DNA of 64,000 nucleotides, from the NCBI RefSeq assembly GCF_001194135.2, contig NC_068987.1, forward strand, positions 74,956,865 to 75,020,864. The letters are read 5' to 3'. Within the stretch, counting starts at the first letter, position 1; the number at the start of each line of letters is the position of its first letter. Shown one piece after another: positions 50,132-58,290 of this stretch. The notes beneath the pieces were generated by a model that did no database searches, was not told the DNA's origin, and saw only the letters and a list, made by a program, of their open reading frames with translations. The DNA is from Octopus bimaculoides (lineage: Eukaryota). The position numbers and the translations under genes were made by a program.

Positions 50132-53100
50132 GCATATATATACGATGGGCTTCTTTCAGTTTTTGTTTACTAAATCCATTCACAAAGCTTTGGTTGGACC
50201 AGGGCTATGCTAGAAGATATTTGCCCATGGTGCCATGCAGTGGGATTGAACCCAAGACCATATAGCTGGGAAGCAAACTTCTTAACCATACAGCCATACC
50301 TGTGCCTATGTGAATGTTAGAAACAATTCTGGCAACCAGTTCCTGTTCTGTTTCAATGACTTGGCCAAATAACGATTAAATTTGGTTGTTGGTGTCCCTT
50401 TCAAGAAGTTTTTCCCATTTTGAGTAGTTGGTTGGTAAACTCAGCTATCCATACATATATTTATGGTAATGCTAAGTCGTAAAGTGTGATGTCATGGTTA
50501 TGATGTTTCTAAATAAATTTTGATCTGATTAGCTTGGAATCCACAAAGAATTACAGCCAGAGCTTGTCTGAAGTTGCCAACAAAAAACAATGGTTACTTC
50601 TCCCCTTATATATGTTTTATCTCTTAGATTTTGCTTTGTCTGATTCAATACTTGACTTGCTCATTTGTAGTTGTAGGTACCATCTTAAATCAACTTGCAT
50701 CTTTGTTGGAGCTCGTCCTTGAGCAAGTTCTCAATATTTCATAGAAGATCATGTGAAATCTAGCTTAAACACATAAGGTGTTGTTCTTCCATCATCCAGA
50801 AGTATTGCTGCAATGCCATTTGATGCAACAACAATTGCAAGAAGCTGCCTTTGGCAGACTTTTGCAAGCAGATTTGTCAGGGATAAATTGCCAGTGCTGC
50901 CAGGAGTATCAATGAAGGAGTGTCTTCTCTTATTTTTTCATGTTTCTCTGATATAGATGCTTCTGGTCATCCATCAAATGAGGTACATTTTCTTTCAGAA
51001 ACTGATTCAAGCCTTGCATACTGTAGTCTGTCTTTTGAAAAACTTCTCATGCTACCTCCACTTCTTCATCTGATTCTGGTATTCCACAAAATCACTTATA
51101 CATATTGCCATTCATATTTTACTTTGATTCAGTCTTCTGACATGTTTTTATATCCCTGGCAGAAAAGATGAGGTTTGTTAATTTCACATGGAGTGAGCAT
51201 AATAGCAAAGAACTCTCATATCTGACTTGCTTAATGAGTCAGATAAGACAGCTGTTTGCTTCTTCTAGAATCTATTTGCGTTGTTCATTGGCTGTGTATG
51301 AATCCATGTAGTTCACATGCTTCTTGGTATGTTGTGTACATCCACTCTGCAAAGCAGCTGAGAACCTCAAGCCACATCAGTCTGTGGAGTGTGTGGAGAA
51401 GGAGCTACAAGTAAAATCATTTTCTATTCTTGGGATTAACAGTGTAAACATACTGTATTTTAACGTGTATAAGGAATCCCCTAATTTTTGGAGCTTAAAA
51501 TTTGGGAAAAAAGTTTTGTAAAGGATTATAATACTATCCATGTATATGAAACTCCCATATTTTTTTAACCTAATTTTTAACAAAAAAAAAAAAATGTTCC
51601 TTATACACATTAAAATACTGTACTCAGTAGCATCATTTACCTTGACTTCTTTGTGACTTACTAAATGACACTACTTCCTTTGATATGTTTGGGTGTAGTA
51701 GGTTTGCAAGTTTATATAGGAAAGACTCAGTGAATTTGTCTTGGTAGCACTGGGCAGACAGAAACTATAACCCTGGTCAACCAGTGCTCTGCAAGTAAAT
51801 TTGGTAGATGGAAATTGTCTGAAGTAAATATGCATGTGTGTATGTCTGTGTGGATGCTTACATTCTGCACGTTGCACTAAAAGGTTCTTGTTTACAAACA
51901 TCACATAGTGTTAAGACAAGGTACACTCAAATATATACACACATGTGTATGTGTTTGAGTGTACCCTTAAAAAGAAACAGTTAAGATGATATTGAATGAT
52001 GCTTGAATCAACTGATGAGTTGTGATCTTTGTGAGGTCCTACTATAAAGTGACCCAGAATATACCTTAATTGAGACACATATTGTGAACTAGGTACTAGA
52101 TATTCTATAGTCAACTAGGTACCTAGATGCTGTTGTTGTTGTTGGCACTCCGTCGCTAATGGCGTCGAGGGTTCCAGTTGATCCGTTCAACGGAACAGCC
52201 TGCTCGTGAAATTAACATGCAAGTGGCTGAGCATTCCACAGACATGTGTACCCTTAACGTAGTTCTCGGGGATAGTCAGCGTGACACAGAGTGTGACAAG
52301 GCTGACCCTTTGAATTACAGGCACAACAGAAACAGGAAGTAAGAGTGAGAGAAAGTTGTGGTGAAAGAGTACAGCAGGATTCGCCACCATCCCCTGCCAG
52401 AGCCTCGNNNNNNNNNNAACGTAGTTCTCGGGGATAGTCAGCGTGACACAGAGTGTGACAAGGCTGACCCTTTGAATTACAGGCACAACAGAAACAGGAA
52501 GTAAGAGTGAGAGAAAGTTGTGGTGAAAGAGTACAGCAGGATTCGCCACCATCCCCTGCCAGAGCCTCGTGGATCTTTGTGTTTTCGCTCAATAAACACT
52601 CACAACGCGCCCGGGCTGGGAATCGAAACCGCGATCCTATGACCGCGAGTCTGCTGCCCTAGCATCCAGACTAATACCATATAGTGGATTAGGTACCATA
52701 CATTGAACTAGGCATACTATATGCTAAACTGTAGTGGACTAGGTAGCATGTGGTGTGCCATATGAACTCAGTACCATGTGGAAGTCTTGGTAGCATATGA
52801 TGAATTAGGTGCCATATGGAGGTTTAGACAGCATGTAGTGAAAAATGTACCATAGAATGAACTAGGTACCATTTCAAAGTTTTCAAAGTTTAGGCAGTTT
52901 AGTGTGAACTAGATGCTGTATGAAAGTTATGGAACCATATAGGGACTAGATACTGTGCAGTAACTAAGAATTGGATATCATGAAACAACTATTGTAGCTA
53001 GCTCTGTACTGTCTGATGTTGTTATGTTATTATGTTTTGATGTCATAGAAGTAAATATGAGTTTCTGTTTTCTCCTTGCAGGTGTCAGCATCAATGGAGG

Positions 53101-56100
53101 CCGGCTGTTGGTTGGATGAGAATAAATTTGAGTTGGTTGCTAGCTATCCTGTGGCCCAGGTAAGGTTATGCTGCTAAGATTTAGTGATCCAGTGTTGTGT
53201 TTGTCTTTCACCAAAACATTCAACTCTGCTTGCCAGAGACTTCATGTCCATTTAAGAAATTGTTATTGTTTATATTTATACAGAAATCCATCACTTACCC
53301 TCTCTCTTACCGAGAGTTATCCTTTCTGACATTCTGACATTACTCTTCCTCTTCCCTTTCTGCTGTTGTCCCCTATTTTTCCTTGTGTCATGGATGGTTG
53401 TTAGGAAGGGTTTAATAAAAGTGTACATGGCGCAGGAGTGGCTGTGTGGTAAGTAGCTTGCTTACCAACCACATGGTTCCGGGTTCAGTCCCACTGCACG
53501 GCACCTTGGGCAAGTGTCTTCTACTATAGCCTCGGGCTGACCAAAGCCTTGTGAGTGGATTTGGTAGACGGAAACTGAAAGAAGCCCATCGTATATATGT
53601 ATATATATAAGTATGTGTTTGTGTGTCTGTGTTTATCCCCCCAACATCACTTGACAACCGATGCTGGTGTGTTTACGTCCCCGTAACTTAGCGGTTCGGC
53701 AAAAGAGACTGATAGAATAAGTACTAGGCTTCTAAAGAATAAGGCCTGGGGTCGATTTGCTCAACTAAAGGCGGTGCTCCAGCATGGCCACAGTAAAAAA
53801 GACTGAAACAAGTAAAAGAGTAAAGAGTATAATATGTAAAGATAATAAAATTTAAGGATTTGGTTACAAAATACAAACACGCAATGTTGTTTTGGATAAA
53901 TATGTATACAGAAGTCATTTAACCCTTTAGTGTTTAAACCGGCCATATCAGGCCAAAATTGTCTTCCTGTTTTATGCTCAAACCAGCCAGCTCTGACCTC
54001 TCACACCTACCCTACAAAGTCATTTTAAAAATAAACAGGGTCATCATCAAAATCTCAGAGTTACAAGATGCTGTACAATTAATTTGCAACCTTGTGAGTG
54101 GATTTGGTAGACGGAAACTGAAAGAAGCCTGTCATATATGTGTGTGTGTGTGTGTGTGTATGTTTGTGTGTCTGTGTTTGTCCCCCCAACACCGATGGTG
54201 GTGTGTTTACGTCCCTGTAACTTAGCGGTTCGGCAAAAGAGACTGATAGAGTAAGTACTAGGCTTACAAAGAATAAGTCTTGGGGTTGATTTGTTCGACT
54301 AAAGGCAGTGCTCCAGTATGGCTGCAGTCAAATGACTGAAACAAGTAAAAGAGTAAAAAGAGATATATATAATATGTGTGTATGTATGCATGTATGTATT
54401 AGTGACGTTTATGAATGTTTTGTGTGTGTGCGTGCATGTGTTGATGCAGTGTGGCTTTTATTCTACCTGGGTTATCTTTTTGCATTGTTATTATTTACAG
54501 TTATATCGTGAACAGAAGCAGCTCAACTCTGGCCCTAAAGTGTTCGATGAGTGTGGGAGTATCTATGTCTCTGCTGTTAAGGCCCCTCCAAAGAAGGATC
54601 TGATTCAGTTATTGCAGCTGTGTGGAGGAAAAGTAAGTAATTAGAAGTCATGTAATGTCTACTGCATTCTTAACAATGGAAACAGTGTGTTGAACTGGCT
54701 GACATATATTCATATCATCATCATCATCATTATTATTTACCATCCATTTTCCATGCTGGCATGGGTTAGACAGTTTGACTGGAGCCAGTTAAGTGGAGAA
54801 CTGTACCAGTTTCCAGTCTGATGTGGTTTGGTTTCTACAGCTAGATGCCCTTCCTAATGCCAACCACTCCAAGAGTGTAGTGGGTATCCTTCTGTGTGTC
54901 ACCAACATGGGTACCTTTTACGTGTCAGCAGCACTGCCACGACTACAATTTTCACTTGGCTTGATGAGTCTTCTGTAGCACAGCAAATTGTTAAAGGTCT
55001 CGATCACTTGTCATTATCTCTGTGAGAACCAACATCCGAAGATCATGCTTCACCACCTCATGCCACATCTTGTATCTACCTCTTCTACAAGTTCTGTCCA
55101 CAGGTAGAAATCAGCACTTCTTTACACAGTTGTTCTCGTCCATATGCATTACATGCCCATACCAGCACAGCTATCTCTCTTGCACACCACATCTGATGCA
55201 TCTTATGCCCAACTTTTCTCTCAAGATACTTACACTCTGTCATACATGCACACTGACATTGTACACCCAGTGATGCATATATGTACCTATATCTGTATTC
55301 ATATACAGACATCCCTTGCATTACAGAAGGATCACATTCACATACTTTGTAATGAAACATGGAATTTCATAGCATAGAGTGTATTTTCCCATTGAATTCC
55401 ATGTTCATCGATTTCCATCTAATATGGAAATCTTTGGTAAAATTTGTTTCATATTAAATGCCACATTACAGCAAGTTTTTTAGGAGCACAATGTTTCCAT
55501 GGTATGGAGGAGGATTATATATTTATACACTTAGATGTATATTTTTATCAGTGTATATCATCATCATTTAATGTCTGTTTTCCTTGCTGGCATGGATTGA
55601 ACAGTTCAACAGGAGCTGGTGAGCAAGAGGATTATCAAGCTCCAGTGTCTACTTTGGTTTTTACAGCTGGATGCTCTTCTTAATGCTAACCACTTTACAG
55701 AGTGTACTGGGTACTTTTTACATGGCAGCTGCACCAGTGAAATCACCAAATAACTTACAAGACAAGGCCCACTCAACTAAGGGGTGTAGTACTGAGGGAA
55801 GTGGCTTTGTGCCGGGTAATGAGAGTTTAAAGTATGATAGAGAGATAGAAACAAGTGTCTTGCTGTAGGGAAGACATATGATTATACTCATCATCGTTGT
55901 TGTCACCGTTATTGTTGTTTAACATCCTCCTTCCATGCTGGCATGAATTGGACGGTTTGACAGGAGCTGGCCAGACAGGAGCCTGCATCAGACTTCTGTG
56001 TCTTTGGGAAAAAAAGAGTCACAAGTATAATCTAAATCTTTTATTCAAAAGCCTTTGTTTAATGATAAGGTTGTTAAGCATGCTGCACTTACACATATTT

Positions 56101-57361
56101 ATATAATCGATTCATGAACAAGAAGCCCCTATCAATAATACATTTATTGAAATAGCACTGAAATTAACAGCCTTTCTTTTTATATTATATTATACAGGTG
56201 AAGAACACGATATGTAATGCTAGTATCTATATTGGTGAGGAGTATCATCCATCCATGATTAGTGTTACTCCTCTTTGGATATTTGGTAAGTTTCATTTGG
56301 TATGGTATTTCTTCTGTTTTTTCGAGCAAGGTGATATTTCCCCATGGCCCAGACATGTTTTCATGGAATATTAGAACGAACGACACTGCTTATATGACAG
56401 TGACACTCATTTTCATCTATCACACAAACATACACACTTCCATACATACATACATACACATATTTCGATGATGTGACTGTTTGTTTTTAGAATGACATTG
56501 TAGGGTAGGTGTGAGAGGCCAGATCTAGCCAGTTTGAAGATAAAACAGGTAAAATATTTGGGATGGATGTGGTCAGTTTAAATGCTGAAAGGCATTCAGA
56601 GTAATCTGAATGCTAAAGAGATTAAGGTTTCTCCGTTTGCTTCTATCATTCTCAAGGCCCTGCAAAAGGTCCTGGGTGTTGTGTTTTCACTTCTGTTTAA
56701 ATAGCAGGTGAAGTCATAAAGGGATGTTGTCTATAATTCCAATAGTTTTCTTTCTGAGAAGGGGTCATTTTCTCTCCTATAGACTTTCTCTCATCCATTG
56801 CTCTGCTGCCGTACACTTCAATTTTCGTATGGTAACTAGGGTTGTAAATTGTAAGAGCAACAGCAGCAGCATTTTTTTTTGTTGATACACAGGAAAACAT
56901 GGAATGAAGTACTGAAGGCTGATCTCAAATCACTGAGCCTTATGAAGGAGGTGACAAAGGACTGAGATATCTGGCACCTTGCTGTACTCAACAAGACCCA
57001 TCCACCACAGTAGAATTGATACTGGTGCTACTGCCATGTAAAAAGCATCCAGTAGATTCTGTAAAGTGATTGGCATTAGGAAGGACATCCAGCCATAGAA
57101 ACCATGCCAGAACAAACAATGGAAGCTGGTGTGGCTCCTGGCCTTTCCAGCTCCTGTTGAACCATCCAGTCCATGCCAGCATGGAAAACTGATGTTAAAT
57201 GATGATGATGATGATGATGACGACAGCGGCGCAAGATCCTTGTACACTGACATATCTCTTTTCTATCTTCTCTATTTCCAGATTCCATCAGTTCAGGAAC
57301 AGCTTTGCCTTTCGATGACTACATGCTTGGCCAACCAAAACCACCAAGTCCAGAATATTAG
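32419..57361 (+). CDS. MCPH1: Microcephalin (MCPH1), 3-BRCT protein, ~742 aa; join(32419-32521,35406-35610,39042-39147,40702-40848,42513-42588,43630-43674,45781-46786,49537-49699,53082-53159,54501-54632,56198-56285,57282-57361)
   Basis: Twelve exons, all GT-AG and phase-consistent, total 2229 nt including stop. BRCT1 EVVAYVEVRS...VTHVIFKDG...LVSVLWVDSC, then CMQPK, BRCT2 LVMTSM...TTHVICG..RTLNVL...GCWLVSKEW and BRCT3 LLQLCGGKV...WIFDSI match recalled human MCPH1. Start codon uncertain (32419 vs 32473/32476). Confidence 0.93.
32690..33050 (-). mobile_element. Family A variant nested in a family B SINE (32540-33135)
   Basis: Family A core flanked by the tail and head halves of family B. Confidence 0.7.
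33906..34157. mobile_element. Old hAT/Charlie-like MITE
   Basis: Termini CAATGGTTCTCAACC / GGTTGAGAATTACTG; TSD degraded. Confidence 0.5.
34215..34649 (+). mobile_element. Family A repeat, long copy
   Basis: Full core plus (GAT)n tail. Confidence 0.85.
35078..35331. repeat. 37-bp minisatellite, ~7 units
   Basis: Units start at 35078, 35115, 35152, 35189, 35226, 35263, 35300; G[TC]GACACCTGTTAACT(ACAAT/CTAGC)AGTTATAAACAGCACA. Confidence 0.95.
35406..35610 (+). CDS. MCPH1: MCPH1 coding exon 2 (BRCT1)
   Basis: ttgcag|AA...ATAG|gtgagt; 205 nt; VVAYVEVRSKSENRSKEVAIELEKLGARISPKLNNEVTHVIFKDGTKRTWDRAKKLGIPLVSVLWVD. Confidence 0.95.
35701..36085 (+). mobile_element. tRNA-derived SINE (family D, tRNA-Arg-like head; possibly octopus OR-type) nested in a family C SINE
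   Basis: Head TGGAGGCGCAGTGGTCCAGTGGTTAGGGCAGCGGACTCGCG, (AAC)n tail, TSD ATTTCATCT 35689-35697 / 36086-36094. Confidence 0.85.
37290..37600 (+). mobile_element. Family A repeat copy
   Basis: Core and tail visible after gap 36898-37273. Confidence 0.75.
38099..38476 (-). mobile_element. Family D SINE, full length
   Basis: Reverse complement of 35701-36085; 12-bp TSD CTTAAAAGCTAT 38087-38098 / 38477-38488. Confidence 0.88.
39042..39147 (+). CDS. MCPH1: MCPH1 coding exon 3
   Basis: atttag|T...AAG|gtaact; 106 nt; SCKRSLQHADEEAFFVSTPHNIAEAEISIFPKKRAK. Confidence 0.9.
40702..40848 (+). CDS. MCPH1: MCPH1 coding exon 4
   Basis: ttacag|GGG...GAT|gtaagt; 147 nt; GFRCMQPKNLNEEFEDSSQRCRRRRKRSHK...DVYFTPVSD (CMQPK conserved; basic NLS-like run). 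Confidence 0.92.
40930..41215 (-). mobile_element. Family A repeat including the last codons of an RTE ORF
   Basis: Minus strand AVLEKTHQAQ* then 3'UTR core and (GAT)n. Confidence 0.8.
42513..42588 (+). CDS. MCPH1: MCPH1 coding exon 5
   Basis: ttccag|TTC...CAAG|gtatgt; 76 nt; FKQNVPRLTTPPRMKERLLEYSRSQ. Confidence 0.85.
42968..43351 (+). mobile_element. Family A repeat, long copy
   Basis: Repeated GTGCC-NNN-GGCAC motifs, core and tail. Confidence 0.85.
43630..43674 (+). CDS. MCPH1: MCPH1 coding exon 6 (45 nt)
   Basis: cttccag|AT...TTCA|gtaagt; phase 1/1; DNTPICHRSFQKQIF. Confidence 0.75.
43810..44170 (+). mobile_element. Two adjacent truncated family A copies
   Basis: Two (GAT)n tails, at ~44005 and ~44170. 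Confidence 0.75.
45336..45734 (-). mobile_element. Family B SINE, full length
   Basis: Head GGCGCAGGAGTGGCTGTGTGGTAAG, B box GGTTCAGT, central (TA)n/(TG)n, tail GACTAAAACAAGTAAGAG on the minus strand; ends 47 nt before the exon 7 start. Confidence 0.88.
45781..46786 (+). CDS. MCPH1: MCPH1 coding exon 7 (large S/D-rich central exon, start of BRCT2)
   Basis: ttgtag|AT...CTC|gtaagt; 1006 nt; contains track ORF 45828-46790; ends PRVKRRK...KKYLVMTSMST. Confidence 0.92.
47597..47824. mobile_element. mariner-type MITE
   Basis: 27-bp TIR TTGGGTTGTCCAGAAAGTTTGTGCCGA / TCGGCACGAACTTTCTGGACAACCCAA (1 mismatch), TA on both flanks. Confidence 0.88.
48551..48870 (-). mobile_element. Family A repeat, young copy
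   Basis: Near-identical to 34215-34649 and 4121-4353 cores. Confidence 0.85.
49291..49350. repeat. 19-bp tandem repeat x3
   Basis: CTTGTTTC[AG]CTAATCAAAA repeated three times. Confidence 0.9.
49537..49699 (+). CDS. MCPH1: MCPH1 coding exon 8 (BRCT2)
   Basis: ttctag|A...TGG|gtaagt; 163 nt; DQEMVKSVAKTLGECVISDIVKKSTTHVICGMPRRTLNVLFALSQGCWLVSKEW. Confidence 0.95.
50450..51560 (-). mobile_element. Decayed Helitron RepHel fragment (PIF1 helicase region), intronic
   Basis: Minus strand, broken frames: YTW; VYTVNPKNRK*FYL*LLLHT; TYQEACELHG; FAIML; ENVPHLMDDQK; FIDTPGSTG (Walker A); LAIVVASNGIAAILLDDGRT; FVGNFRQALAVI; in colinear order with recalled Helitron proteins. Confidence 0.85.
52130..52660 (-). 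mobile_element. Family D SINE, with 152 bp duplicated across gap 52408-52417
   Basis: Matches 38099-38476; extreme 5' head missing. Confidence 0.82.
52670..52960. repeat. Degenerate ~19-bp minisatellite (also 52085-52125)
   Basis: Consensus ~TAGTGAACTAGGTACCATA; 19-bp spacing at e.g. 52690/52709. Confidence 0.7.
53082..53159 (+). CDS. MCPH1: MCPH1 coding exon 9
   Basis: ttgcag|GTG...CAG|gtaagg; 78 nt; VSASMEAGCWLDENKFELVASYPVAQ. Confidence 0.93.
53429..53828 (+). mobile_element. Family B SINE, full length
   Basis: Reverse complement of 45336-45734 at high identity; a partial copy follows at 54090-54360. Confidence 0.88.
54501..54632 (+). CDS. MCPH1: MCPH1 coding exon 10 (BRCT3)
   Basis: ttacag|TTA...AAA|gtaagt; 132 nt; LYREQKQLNSGPKVFDECGSIYVSAVKAPPKKDLIQLLQLCGGK. 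Confidence 0.93.
54710..55265 (-). mobile_element. RTE LINE 3' fragment plus family A tail
   Basis: Minus strand ...DENNCVKKC...WHEVVKHDLR... then core and (GAT)n. Confidence 0.8.
56198..56285 (+). CDS. MCPH1: MCPH1 coding exon 11
   Basis: atacag|GTG...TTTG|gtaagt; 88 nt; VKNTICNASIYIGEEYHPSMISVTPLWIF. Confidence 0.9.
57010..57222 (+). mobile_element. Family A repeat, diverged, in last MCPH1 intron
   Basis: Core and (GAT)n tail ending ~60 nt before the last acceptor. Confidence 0.7.
57282..57361 (+). CDS. MCPH1: MCPH1 last coding exon
   Basis: tttccag|AT; DSISSGTALPFDDYMLGQPKPPSPEY*; TAG 57359-57361. Confidence 0.9.
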
Positions 57362-57959
57362 ATGCCAGGATCAAATTAATGCGACCCAATTCAGGGGTAT
57401 ATTTTTAACCACAGTAGCAGTATTTGTATGTGGAACTACAAAAAGAAAACTTCTCTATTTGTTGAGTTCTATCAACAGTTTTAGATGATTTTGCTAAAGT
57501 GTAACCCAGGCTGTTTAAAAATGCATACAGACTTTACAGTATTTATATAAGTAGTGTATATACAGAATTTTAAAAGACTCTGCGTATAGATCGCTTTATT
57601 TGAAACATAAATGACTTTGTGTGATAAATGAACATAGATTTTTAATTTTATCACTACAGTAATATACATTTTCCTTCCAGTTCCTTCACCTCTTGTCCAC
57701 TTCATCACATTCATTTACATATGTCCATATATACATGTATATATGTACACTCGCTCATACATACCTACATGCATATATATATATATATATGCATAATAAT
57801 ATTACATGCCGATGCACGTATTTAGACATGGTGTGGAATTGAAAATGTATTTGTTTATACCAAGATTTAGTGTTTTGCAGTATGTTAATATTGTAAATGT
57901 CTCACATGAAAAACTATTTGGTGAATCAGTTTTGTACATTATAAGGAATAATTCTACAA

Positions 57960-57972
57960 TGTATGTTGTGTG

Positions 57973-58005
<33 letters not shown>

Positions 58006-58095
58006 GTGTGTGTATATATATATATATATGTATATGTATGTGTGTATATATGTGTGTTTGTGTATATATATATATATGTGTATATATATATATAT

Positions 58096-58130
<35 letters not shown>

Positions 58131-58232
58131 TATTTTTATATATATATATATATGAGATATAGATATATATATATATATGAGATATTTTTATATATATATA
58201 TATATATGATATATATACATATATATATATGA

Positions 58233-58290
<58 letters not shown>
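57960..58290. repeat. (TA)n/(TG)n compound microsatellite
   Basis: Directly visible. Confidence 0.95.

Noticed and set aside
52256-52569. 152-bp tandem duplication within a SINE
   Set aside because: The two copies (52256-52407, 52418-52569) are identical and separated by a 10-N gap: the signature of unmerged contig overlap.
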